Virus record (IMG/VR): IMGVR_UViG_3300002461_000499
Direction: 5' to 3' (one strand)
Length of the DNA: 64,000 nt
Source: an uncultured virus (IMG/VR IMGVR_UViG_3300002461_000499)
Lineage: Duplodnaviria; Heunggongvirae; Uroviricota; Caudoviricetes
Positions 49,578 to 58,616 of this stretch are shown piece after piece. Each line of letters begins with the position of its first letter. Within the stretch, counting starts at the first letter, position 1. A program made the position numbers and the translations under genes. The notes beneath the pieces are model-generated. The model was not told where the DNA came from. It saw only the letters and a program-made list of their open reading frames with translations, and did no database searches.

Positions 49578-50082
49578 AACTCGAACAGACGGATATTTTT
49601 GTCAGGTTGGCGACGCCGGAAAATTCTTCCCGATCAAACAGTTCGTCGGGTATCACGATGCACAACAGGCGGCGCTTTCCTGGATACACGAACAATCCCG
49701 TTTTCAAAATGCCGGGTATTCGCTCGATCAGTGTGTCGTGTGCGTGTCGCGCCTTTACGAACTTGCGATGTCGGTCGCTGACGGGTTCCCGAGACTGAAC
49801 ACCGATTTCCGTTTTGTGATCGACGAACACTTTCGGTCGGTCGCTGTCATTTTCGGGTCGCTGATCGTGACCGGTTCGGAACGCGGTTTCAATATTGAAC
49901 TTGTTACGAACTGGCTGACGAAACGCCGGGAAATAATTTGCACGGATGTTCCTTTCGAGGTTGCGAAATCGGTGATCCTGAATTCACCGGCCAGTCAAAT
50001 GTTTTCCGACCTGGAAGCGCAAGAACTGTTTTTATCAGATTTCAACAGGGAAATATTGCACATGATTTGTGTTGTCGAATAA
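49552..50082 (+). CDS. Hypothetical protein
   Basis: ORF in early operon. Confidence 0.6.
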   Translation: MKMSQATLETRTDGYFCQVGDAGKFFPIKQFVGYHDAQQAALSWIHEQSRFQNAGYSLDQCVVCVSRLYELAMSVADGFPRLNTDFRFVIDEHFRSVAVIFGSLIVTGSERGFNIELVTNWLTKRREIICTDVPFEVAKSVILNSPASQMFSDLEAQELFLSDFNREILHMICVVE

Positions 50083-50107
50083 TAACGGTATTTTTGTCAC
50101 GTCAAAA
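50066..50107 (+). promoter_or_regulatory. Promoter, copy 3
   Basis: TTTG-N19-TATTTTTG-TCACGTCAAAA. Confidence 0.65.
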
Positions 50108-50108
50108 G

Positions 50109-50441
50109 ATGAACGATAATTTCGATTTAAAAAACCCGGAACACCGGAACCTGGCTGCAAAGTTGCGCAATTCAGTCGTTGACTTGAATTTTTACGCCTG
50201 GCAGTTCTTGAACCTGATCGGGTTGCCGTCAACCCCTCGAACGGGCCTATCCGATGCGATTGAAATTGTTGCAACGGCTGTTCGATACGGTAAACCGCCG
50301 CCCTCATTATGGCCCGATGAACTGGATTTAATTATCAATCAGTATATACAAATCAAAAATTGCAAACCCGAAAACGCGAACGCGCTATTTTATGAAACCT
50401 GGCGCTTTGTTCACGATTTCGACTACCTGTTCAGAAAATGA
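50109..50441 (+). CDS. Hypothetical protein
   Basis: ATG 50109 just after promoter. Confidence 0.55.
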   Translation: MNDNFDLKNPEHRNLAAKLRNSVVDLNFYAWQFLNLIGLPSTPRTGLSDAIEIVATAVRYGKPPPSLWPDELDLIINQYIQIKNCKPENANALFYETWRFVHDFDYLFRK

Positions 50442-50950
50442 CTTTTGATAAAATTCAACGACAAATCGACCCCGCCCGTCTTGTTTCCCGGCAACATGCA
50501 ATCCCTTTTGAAATTCGGCAATTCGCCGGACAGGAACAATTGAAGTTCGTCGGCAACCGAGGCCGAGGTCGCGAAAACGTCCCCGCGCTTGCCGACATTT
50601 ATCACGCCTTGATCCTGGAAGGTTTGGAGCATATCGAAAAAGCCGAATGGATTGCGCCGCCTGTTTTCCGTGAAATCGGACAGCCCGAGAATTGCGCAAT
50701 GGCAAAAATCCGAATGGACATCGAACTCGATCAAAAATTGCGGTCGCTGAAAGCAAGTGCGGACGCCGGACAGTTCAGCGTCGTTCCGGCTGCTGACAAT
50801 GCCCGACAGGTGAAAAAAATCAGCCTGATTTCCCTTGCTGTTAATTTGATGCAAATTGCTATCAAGGAACGCGAAAATCCGTCGCCGACATACGCCGACG
50901 TAATGAAATTGCAGGAACCCCGGAAAACCCGAAAATCAAATCGCAGTTAA
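50438..50950 (+). CDS. Hypothetical protein
   Basis: ATGA-coupled ORF. Confidence 0.6.
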   Translation: MTFDKIQRQIDPARLVSRQHAIPFEIRQFAGQEQLKFVGNRGRGRENVPALADIYHALILEGLEHIEKAEWIAPPVFREIGQPENCAMAKIRMDIELDQKLRSLKASADAGQFSVVPAADNARQVKKISLISLAVNLMQIAIKERENPSPTYADVMKLQEPRKTRKSNRS

Positions 50951-50967
50951 ACTTTTAAATTTTTCCA

Positions 50968-51990
50968 ATGAGTACAACGTCAAATGGTACACAAATGCCC
51001 GGAACGGAACCGGGAATCGAACCGCTTGCCCCGCTTTACCTGGCACCCGGTTTTGAAATGCTGATCGGCCGGATCGTTCAGCAAAAAATTTACCGGGTCG
51101 AGATCGGCGCCGGTCGTCATTACCGGAATGAAGCCGGGGAAACATTCAAGTCGATCACGACTTTCCTTGACGCGGTTATGCCGCCGAACTTCTTTCTGAA
51201 AAAATGGCGTGAATCGAAAATCGAGGAACTGGGCAGCGTCAAAGCCGCAACCGAATTCGTTCAGGCGACAGCTGATTTCGGGACAGCCTTACACATCGCG
51301 ACCGCTGAATTTTGCCGGACAGGCGGCGTCGACTGGCGCGAACACGAATCATGGGCGTTCGATTATTTGATGACGCTGAACCCTGGAACGCACACGTTAC
51401 ACGCTGCCGTCGAGGAATTACGCGACGACTTTGCCGCGATACTTGCTTTCATTGCTGATTACGAAGTGCAAATCCTTGCCGTCGAAATTCCTGTTTTTTC
51501 AAAAGACGGTTACGCGACCCTGATCGACCTTGTCGTCGATATGAACGATAAAAAGTACACGGACAAAACACCGCCTGAAAAACGGAAACGGATATTCGCC
51601 GGGATCAATTTAAAGTCAGGCAAAAAAGGATTTTACGAATCACACTTGTTTCAACTGATCGGGGAACGCCGGGCTTTTAACGAAACGTATTCGACACTGA
51701 TCGGTCACGAAATGGTCGAAGTTTTCAACCTTGCCCCGACGAACTGGCTGACCGCCCCGAATTACAAACTGGGCCGACACACGGAAACGATCACAGAAAA
51801 CGAACTCGAAGCCGAATTTTCCTTGTATGTTGAACTGGGGAAAAAGCGGGGCGTTCTGGGCAAACCTTCAAAGAATTTTCGTATGTTTGAAGGCGTTACC
51901 CGCATGGGCGAAAACCCTGTCGCAAACATGATCGTAATGAATTACGACGATCTTGCAAACCGCCGGATTGCTCGACGCGAACAAAAATAA
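50968..51990 (+). CDS. PD-(D/E)XK exonuclease-like recombination protein
   Basis: SITTFL, ADFGTALH, VEIP, ATLIDLV, INLKSG, HLFQL. Confidence 0.7.
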   Translation: MSTTSNGTQMPGTEPGIEPLAPLYLAPGFEMLIGRIVQQKIYRVEIGAGRHYRNEAGETFKSITTFLDAVMPPNFFLKKWRESKIEELGSVKAATEFVQATADFGTALHIATAEFCRTGGVDWREHESWAFDYLMTLNPGTHTLHAAVEELRDDFAAILAFIADYEVQILAVEIPVFSKDGYATLIDLVVDMNDKKYTDKTPPEKRKRIFAGINLKSGKKGFYESHLFQLIGERRAFNETYSTLIGHEMVEVFNLAPTNWLTAPNYKLGRHTETITENELEAEFSLYVELGKKRGVLGKPSKNFRMFEGVTRMGENPVANMIVMNYDDLANRRIARREQK

Positions 51991-52024
51991 AAATGATCTT
52001 TTCAACCTTGTAAATTATTAAAAA

Positions 52025-53086
52025 ATGAACGATTCAAGCAATGCAAAGTCCACTTTCGCAACGCCCGAGGCCGGGCAACTGCCGAGCGGCAAACAGGAAT
52101 TTTACCCTGAAATTGAATATTCGACGATGAAAACACCGGGGCACCTCGCATCGTCGATCACGCCTGAAATTGTAGCGAATGCACGCGCGACTTTTAAACT
52201 GGGCTTTCACTACTGGGACAAGTTGAATTCAACAAGTGTCGCAATCGACAAATTCACTTTCGCAGTCCTGGAAGTTTACGCAGCAATTGAAGGAAGCAAA
52301 GAAACCGAACCGGGAAAGTGGATCAATTATTTTTCAAACTATGTAAAGAACAGCCGGAACGAACCGTTTGCCCTGTTTCAAAAGGGGATCAAACGCCCGA
52401 TTATGAAAGGCTTTTACACTCCGAAAAAAGATGAAAACGATGTTCCGAAACTGATCGACAACGGCGTGCCGAACAATCTGCCGAACGGCGCCGGGTTTCA
52501 TCAACATTTTATTCTTTACTGGATTGAAGGCGATAGAATAATGGATTTGCCGTTGACGACGATGGTTTCCCGGGAAATCAAAGAATCAATCAGTCGGGCC
52601 GAGGCACGCGCCGGACGAAAAGTCAAACCTGATCGGGTCAATCTTTTCGCCCTGGCCGACGGCGGCGCTTTCTGGGGTTTCGAGGTTACGAAGTTCCGCC
52701 GGGTCAACAAGGACGGAACGCCGCACGACGGTCGTAGTGAAATGTTTCTCGTGCCTGATTTTAATTCGGGCGTTATCAAAGCCGAGGGGGACGGGGCAAA
52801 TCCTGAATTGTACGCGATATGCGCCGGCCATCAAGCGACGATCCGGGCTGCATACGAAGCGGAAAAAGTACGTCGGGCAAAATTCGGGGTCGAAAATTCT
52901 ACGACTGAACAAACCGAAACAGCGGCCCCAGGCAACGACGCGAATTTTCCGACCGATCAACAGGGCGGAACCTTTCGGCAGCAACATGACAATTTTCAAA
53001 AACGTCAGGACACGCCGCCCGCTGATCCTTTCCCGAGTTACGAGGCACCGCCGCCGCCGACAAATTTTGATGACTTACCGTTTTAA
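52025..53086 (+). CDS. Probable ssDNA-binding/annealing protein
   Basis: Acidic disordered tail ending DDLPF; follows the exonuclease. Confidence 0.6.
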   Translation: MNDSSNAKSTFATPEAGQLPSGKQEFYPEIEYSTMKTPGHLASSITPEIVANARATFKLGFHYWDKLNSTSVAIDKFTFAVLEVYAAIEGSKETEPGKWINYFSNYVKNSRNEPFALFQKGIKRPIMKGFYTPKKDENDVPKLIDNGVPNNLPNGAGFHQHFILYWIEGDRIMDLPLTTMVSREIKESISRAEARAGRKVKPDRVNLFALADGGAFWGFEVTKFRRVNKDGTPHDGRSEMFLVPDFNSGVIKAEGDGANPELYAICAGHQATIRAAYEAEKVRRAKFGVENSTTEQTETAAPGNDANFPTDQQGGTFRQQHDNFQKRQDTPPADPFPSYEAPPPPTNFDDLPF

Positions 53087-53725
53087 ATGATGAAATCACG
53101 CAAGATCACATCGAAAGGTTTTGTGTCTGATTCTGGTCAGTTGATGTTGCCACGTTCTGTTATGCAGGGCGTGGCAGCGCAATTTTCAGGACGTGACATT
53201 TTTATCACCTTTGAAGATGCGGCCAGCATCCGCACACCGAATCAAAACGGGTACTACTGGGCCGGGATCATTGAACCGATCACTGAACGTTTTAACGAGC
53301 TGGGCGAACGCTTCGACGCTGATACGGTACACGAGATTTTAAAGTACAAGTTTTTACGTGTCATCATTCCGAACGAAGAAACCGGCGAAGTCCTTGCCGA
53401 ATATGTCAGGTCGACCGCTTCGCTGAAAACATACGAGTTCGCCTTTTACCTGGAAGATTGTATCAGGTACGCGGCCGAATCTTTGGAACTTGTAATCGAG
53501 CCGCCGCGCGTCCGCCGTTACGATTACATCTTTCCGATCTTTCCGGGCAAAAAAGAAACAAGGGAAAAGTACATCGGACGCATTCGCGAATACGTTGACG
53601 ACATCTTTGACATTGCACACCTCGTCAGATACTTCAATCAAAATCAGGAATGGGAATTCGACCCGGAAATCAAAGCCGTATTTGCCGAGCGGAAAGAATA
53701 CCTGAAACGATTACGGGCTGCATAA
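53087..53725 (+). CDS. NinB-like recombination protein
   Basis: RTPNQNGYYW...VHEILKYKFL...RSTASL.TYEF. Confidence 0.6.
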   Translation: MMKSRKITSKGFVSDSGQLMLPRSVMQGVAAQFSGRDIFITFEDAASIRTPNQNGYYWAGIIEPITERFNELGERFDADTVHEILKYKFLRVIIPNEETGEVLAEYVRSTASLKTYEFAFYLEDCIRYAAESLELVIEPPRVRRYDYIFPIFPGKKETREKYIGRIREYVDDIFDIAHLVRYFNQNQEWEFDPEIKAVFAERKEYLKRLRAA

Positions 53726-53741
53726 ACTTGCCGATCTTTTT

Positions 53742-53782
53742 GACGGGATAAAAAAAATCAAATTTTTATCCCGTCTTTTTTT
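53742..53782 (+). terminator. Intrinsic terminator
   Basis: GACGGGATAAAAA...TTTTTATCCCGTC followed by T run. Confidence 0.75.
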
Positions 53783-53829
53783 GCCATTGTCAATAAAGCC
53801 GTTATTTTTGTCCTGTCAAAATGATTAAC
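53780..53829 (+). promoter_or_regulatory. Promoter, copy 4
   Basis: TTTG-N19-TATTTTTG-TCCTGTCAAAATGATTAAC. Confidence 0.7.
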
Positions 53830-53845
53830 ATAAAAAACGGTAAAA

Positions 53846-54700
53846 ATGGACTTAAAAATCGAAACATTACCCGGTTCCCTTGCTTATTACTGCATTATTG
53901 GAAACCTTCGCGAAGCCTTGAAGTACGGCCGCGAAGCGATGGGCCGAAACTGGTTTACAATTCTCGACGGCGAAATCTTGCCGGACGATCACCAACAGGC
54001 CGACCCCGAATCGGTTTATAAATTCGTTGAAACGATTTCGCAGTCACAACGAGGTCGCAAGGGTGACAAGACAGCCGCCGCGCAACAAGTTCTGAAAGTG
54101 CTGAACGCAATCAAAAAGGGCGTCGAAGATTTCAGCAACATCGACGACGAGCAACCAACCCCGCCGGAAACATCAAAACAACCTGAACAACCTGTCGTCG
54201 TACCTGTCGAAAACAAATCCGACGTTGCCGACGACTTGAAAGAACGGTTCTTAAACTGGTTGATGTCGTTGACGAAACTTGACGTTGTGTTCGGCGTGAC
54301 ACTTGCCGTCGCTGATTACGGCTTGACATTCTTGCTCCATGAAATGGGCGTCGCCGCTGCCGTCGTTTACACAATGATTTCATTGCACGCCCTGGGCATG
54401 GCAAAAGACCGGTATGCAAAGAACACCGCGCGAACCGGTATCGCTGCCGTTTGGCTGCTGGAAATCGGCGCTTGCGTGATTCACCTGACAATGTTCAACC
54501 GCCGAATCTGGTCGATCATTGACGACATGCCGTTCCGCGTCGAAGATGTCACAACCGAAAGCCGCCCGTTCTGGATTGCTGTCGTTCTTGCAATCCTGTT
54601 CAGCGGCGCCGGGATTTATGCCGTATCGACAACACTTGCCGTCGTAACAGAAAGGAATGAAGCCGAGGAAATCGAAACGAAATACGGGGTCAAATACTGA
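53846..54700 (+). CDS. Membrane protein (soluble N-terminus, about 4 TM)
   Basis: Hydrophobic segments in the C-terminal half. Confidence 0.7.
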   Translation: MDLKIETLPGSLAYYCIIGNLREALKYGREAMGRNWFTILDGEILPDDHQQADPESVYKFVETISQSQRGRKGDKTAAAQQVLKVLNAIKKGVEDFSNIDDEQPTPPETSKQPEQPVVVPVENKSDVADDLKERFLNWLMSLTKLDVVFGVTLAVADYGLTFLLHEMGVAAAVVYTMISLHALGMAKDRYAKNTARTGIAAVWLLEIGACVIHLTMFNRRIWSIIDDMPFRVEDVTTESRPFWIAVVLAILFSGAGIYAVSTTLAVVTERNEAEEIETKYGVKY

Positions 54701-54733
54701 TTAAAAACGTCAAATTTTAAACATAAACAAGTC

Positions 54734-55294
54734 ATGCAAACCGAACAAAAATTGCTCGTAAAATTCAACCCTGAACACTGGTTTTTCAAACATTGCAATC
54801 CCCTGGAAGTCGACAGGCTTTTGACGGAACAAGCGACGATCACCGGTTATTTACCGACATTCGGAACGCTCAAATGGCAGTTAAAAGACTACGACAGTGC
54901 CGGTTTTAAATGCTGGAACATGGGCGGTCGCCTCGAATCAACAACGCGTTTTTCAGACGAGCCGACGCAAATGCCTTTTCTTGTCAACATGGTAGATGTC
55001 GAACGCGTATTCCTGCCGATCAAGCGGGAAATTGACGACTTAAACCCTGACGACGTGAATACGGATGACCACTTTTGGGACACTTTCGGCAAATCGGAAA
55101 CCGAATCAACAATGCGCTGGCTGATAAAAGAATGTCAGAAACAAGGGCACTTTCGTTCCGGCATTCAGGCGAAAGGAATCGGCGAAAATTTGTGCCTCGA
55201 TGGCCTTATAACAGATTTGGGGGGGGGTGGCTTCCTGCCTACACGAAAAGCAATCCGGGCGCTGGCCGGCGCCGGTTTTTGGAAACCGCTTTAA
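54734..55294 (+). CDS. Hypothetical protein
   Basis: 186 aa ORF. Confidence 0.6.
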   Translation: MQTEQKLLVKFNPEHWFFKHCNPLEVDRLLTEQATITGYLPTFGTLKWQLKDYDSAGFKCWNMGGRLESTTRFSDEPTQMPFLVNMVDVERVFLPIKREIDDLNPDDVNTDDHFWDTFGKSETESTMRWLIKECQKQGHFRSGIQAKGIGENLCLDGLITDLGGGGFLPTRKAIRALAGAGFWKPL

Positions 55295-55308
55295 ATACCT
55301 GATCGACA

Positions 55309-55836
55309 ATGAAACTGTTCGCATACATCCGGGATGTTATCGGTTTGGGCAAGTTGCCCGACCTGGCGAACTATGAAATCAAGCAACGCCCGCGCAACAA
55401 ACCCGAGGTCACAGAATCGAGAACGACGACGACCCGTGTTGTTGACGGCAAAGCGATGCGCGATGCCGTTGAACCTGACGGAACAATCGTGACTACTATC
55501 GGCAAAACAAAGCCGAAAACGACAGCCGAGGTCGAGGTCGACGCGTTCGACGAAGCCTTGCTCGATTTCGTTGTCGGCGTAAAATGGCGCAAGGATCGGG
55601 AACGTGCGGCGGTTATGAAATGGCATTGGATTCAAGGGCATTCAGCCCGGCAAATCGAAGTCGATCACACCGACAAGCAAACAAGCGAATTGCAACGCGG
55701 TTACAGCGAAAGGACGGCAGCCGAGTTTATCAAGGCGTTTTTCGATGCCGATGACGAACGCGAAAGCAAGGGGCGACCACGGTTGCGGGCGGGACGCTAT
55801 ACACCCGGCGACATCAAGAATGTAATTGAATGGTGA
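55309..55836 (+). CDS. Hypothetical protein, possible C-terminal HTH
   Basis: WIQGHSARQIE...YSERTAAEFI. Confidence 0.6.
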   Translation: MKLFAYIRDVIGLGKLPDLANYEIKQRPRNKPEVTESRTTTTRVVDGKAMRDAVEPDGTIVTTIGKTKPKTTAEVEVDAFDEALLDFVVGVKWRKDRERAAVMKWHWIQGHSARQIEVDHTDKQTSELQRGYSERTAAEFIKAFFDADDERESKGRPRLRAGRYTPGDIKNVIEW

Positions 55837-55881
55837 AAGGTTAAAATATTTGCACTATCTTGCACCGAAAAAACATTCAAC

Positions 55882-56424
55882 ATGGAGTTTGTCTATATTT
55901 TAAAATCGGGTAAAATTTACAAAATAGGATACACAACAAACCCGAAATCACGGGTTTGCACGATCCGATCTTCAAACCCTTCGACAAAACTGATTGCGCT
56001 TTATTGCGCGTCAAAAGAAGATGAATCAGTCTTACATTCTTTGTTTCGCGACAAGAAAGTCAGTAACGAATGGTTTGCACTTGACGAATTTGATTTGCAG
56101 CACATCGACACTATTTTGGGCAGCCGAGAACAAAGAAAAGATTTGACCCGATTGATTTGCAATCTGATAAACGGAAGCGTTCAGGATAAAGCAATCAAGG
56201 GAGCCGCAAAAAAGGCAGCGATGTTCAAATCGGCAAAACTTACAGAAACCGAAAAAGCGGGTTTGTTGAATCGGAATGTTTCTTTGAAAACCGGTAAAAT
56301 GATAAAGGGTATTTGGCTGGAAAACCCACATTTTACCGGTCAACAGTTGGCGGACGAATGCGGGCTTTCATTGCGAACGATCCGAAATGCGATGCCGATT
56401 TTTGCATCCCCTATCGACGGGTAG
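55882..56424 (+). CDS. GIY-YIG/T5orf172-like domain plus C-terminal HTH
   Basis: FVYILKS..YKIGYTTNP..R...E..LH..F......EWF; TGQQLADECGLSLRTIRN. Confidence 0.75.
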   Translation: MEFVYILKSGKIYKIGYTTNPKSRVCTIRSSNPSTKLIALYCASKEDESVLHSLFRDKKVSNEWFALDEFDLQHIDTILGSREQRKDLTRLICNLINGSVQDKAIKGAAKKAAMFKSAKLTETEKAGLLNRNVSLKTGKMIKGIWLENPHFTGQQLADECGLSLRTIRNAMPIFASPIDG

Positions 56425-56490
56425 TTATTTTGATATTTCGCCATGCAATTGGGTGCGGAGAAAAATTGCACCCCTGAAAACCAACAAATT

Positions 56491-57285
56491 ATGAAATACA
56501 CTTTTGCACCGTTGGCAACGGAACCGGGGTGCAATTACATGCAAAATTGGTACGATATGCAACAAAACAATTTCACTGAATTCGGTACGGACGGCACAAA
56601 CATTCGTACTATGGAACACAAAGGTTTGACGCTCGTTTATTCGGAAACTGACGGCCGTTTTATGTTGCCTCAACCGCAAGGGGCGAAAGCGAAAATCCTG
56701 TTTGATGAACAGGCGCAAACCTTTATTCAAGTTACGATCACCGACCCGTCGTTTGTGTACCGTGACCGGACAGCAACGTCGCCGGACGGTACTATCGTTC
56801 AGGAACGATTGTTCATCGCAAAAGACAAGAACGGCAACGAATTGCAGTTGCCCGACATCGACTTTCAGAAAACGATTTTTGAGGGTCAAGTCATGGAATT
56901 CAAACGTCGTGCCCTGGAAATGGCAATGGGTTGGATGCCCGTTTTTTACCTGGGCGTGATCGTTTGCATGGTGTCTTTTTTCTGGCAGTTGGCCTATCAA
57001 TCCGGGTTACTTGCCGAGGCATTCGCAGCCGGATCAACAGCCGCAATTGCCGAGGTCGGTTACTTGCTTGCCTGGGCGGGCGGGCTTGTTGCCCTTGCCG
57101 TTTTCTGTTACTATGTGCTGCCGGTTCTGTTCAGGGCAAAACGCCGCGCATCGGTAATCGAGAATGATTTATTTGAACAGGGTCAATCGCAAGGCGAACC
57201 GACGAACACGACGAACATTGTCGTCAACAACATTCAGGGTTCGGGGAACACCGCGCAAGATTACATCAACCGTCGAAACGTATGA
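56491..57285 (+). CDS. Membrane protein (2 TM)
   Basis: Two hydrophobic helices in the C-terminal half; start could also be 56443. Confidence 0.65.
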   Translation: MKYTFAPLATEPGCNYMQNWYDMQQNNFTEFGTDGTNIRTMEHKGLTLVYSETDGRFMLPQPQGAKAKILFDEQAQTFIQVTITDPSFVYRDRTATSPDGTIVQERLFIAKDKNGNELQLPDIDFQKTIFEGQVMEFKRRALEMAMGWMPVFYLGVIVCMVSFFWQLAYQSGLLAEAFAAGSTAAIAEVGYLLAWAGGLVALAVFCYYVLPVLFRAKRRASVIENDLFEQGQSQGEPTNTTNIVVNNIQGSGNTAQDYINRRNV

Positions 57286-57878
57286 AAAACGAGCAAGTAA
57301 AAGCCGAGGAAAAAGTACAAGCCGAATATTGGTTCCTGTACAAAGCCGCGAACGCAGCTGCATTACTGTTCGCGCTGATCCTGTTTTATAACGGTCACTT
57401 GTTGACCGGCCTGTTTGCGTTGCTTGCGATTGCCGTATTCAACGCCGTACGCGTGCCGATCATTACTGACGTATTTGACGACCGTATGAAACACATCGTT
57501 TTCAAGACACAGATTGAAAACCTTTACGTCGTTTCGGAATATGCCGATCAGCCGGATACAACCGTCGTCGCGACATTCAAATCAACGGTCAATTATCTGA
57601 AAGAGGTCGGCAACAAACACGAGGTTCGCGTACACCTGATTATTTTTCAGGACGTCACCCGCTTTACCTGGTTTTGGGACGCAAAGGGTAATTTGCAAAA
57701 ACAATCGAAGCCGCGCGACGTGTTGTCGTCGGCTGAAACCTGGGACGAATATTTGCAATCAGTTGAAAAATTCAAGATCACCGACCGGGATGAACGGTTG
57801 CGCCAGTTGCGCAAGGATAACGCCGGGTTTGACTGGGTTAACGAAAATGTATTATGGCAACAACCCGCCGAAAATTAA
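57282..57878 (+). CDS. Membrane protein (2 N-terminal TM)
   Basis: AAALLFALILFY..LLTGLFALLAIAVF. Confidence 0.65.
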   Translation: MKNEQVKAEEKVQAEYWFLYKAANAAALLFALILFYNGHLLTGLFALLAIAVFNAVRVPIITDVFDDRMKHIVFKTQIENLYVVSEYADQPDTTVVATFKSTVNYLKEVGNKHEVRVHLIIFQDVTRFTWFWDAKGNLQKQSKPRDVLSSAETWDEYLQSVEKFKITDRDERLRQLRKDNAGFDWVNENVLWQQPAEN

Positions 57879-58411
57879 AGATCGTGCAACGCCGGTCGTC
57901 GGTGACGATCAAAAAGGGCGGCACCTGGAAACCTCGTCACCAATCACAGGAACGAATCTTTCAAGAAACGTTTGTTTATTTGATGACGAACATACCGGTT
58001 TTTTTCCTGAACAAATTCGGGATTTCAGACAAGACGAAAGCCCGTCGTAAAACCGTTTCCGACACAACGTTCGGGGCGGTTTTCACGATTTTGTCGATGA
58101 ACCTTGCGTTCGGGCTTTCTGTCGAACAGTTCGTGCATCATGTTTACCGGTTCCAGCGCGTACACTTTCAGACAGGATCGGGTCGAACTGAATGGTTCAT
58201 TGTCTTTTCGCCGATTGTCGGGTCGCTGATCCTTTGGGCGAATTTCAAATTCGCTTTGAACCTGACAACAAAGCAACTTGCATTCGGGTACTTTACGCCG
58301 TTCGTTTGGCTCGACGGCCTGTTCTGGCTGTTCGTGTTCCGATCCCTGAAATTGGTGTTTATTTTTTTTGTCGTGTTTTTTATCCTTTACTGTCTTGCAC
58401 ATTTGAAATAA
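57854..58411 (+). CDS. T5orf172/GIY-YIG-like domain fused to C-terminal TM helices
   Basis: FVYLM...KFGIS....R...VEQFVH......GRTEWF then hydrophobic segments. Confidence 0.55.
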   Translation: MATTRRKLKIVQRRSSVTIKKGGTWKPRHQSQERIFQETFVYLMTNIPVFFLNKFGISDKTKARRKTVSDTTFGAVFTILSMNLAFGLSVEQFVHHVYRFQRVHFQTGSGRTEWFIVFSPIVGSLILWANFKFALNLTTKQLAFGYFTPFVWLDGLFWLFVFRSLKLVFIFFVVFFILYCLAHLK

Positions 58412-58505
58412 AGTGGCGTTCTTTGTACCCGAAAGTAAATCGTTTTGAGGCGACCCCGATCCGGGGGTCGAATGTCCGCAAATCGTTTTTGTTTATCATT
58501 TGACG

Positions 58506-58547
58506 AAAAAGGGGTGATCGTTCCGAAAGGGGCGATTGCCTTTTTTT
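58506..58547 (+). terminator. Terminator with GAAA loop and several G-U pairs
   Basis: GGTGATCGTTCC-GAAA-GGGGCGATTGCC-T7. Confidence 0.7.
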
Positions 58548-58616
58548 ATTTCAGCCCTTTGGCCTTTGAAATAATGCCGTTATATTTACCCCGTCAAATT
58601 TTTTAAACAAAACTTT

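Noticed and set aside
55219..55227. G9 run as a phase-variation tract
   Set aside because: In frame near the C-terminus of an unknown protein (Gly run); no supporting evidence
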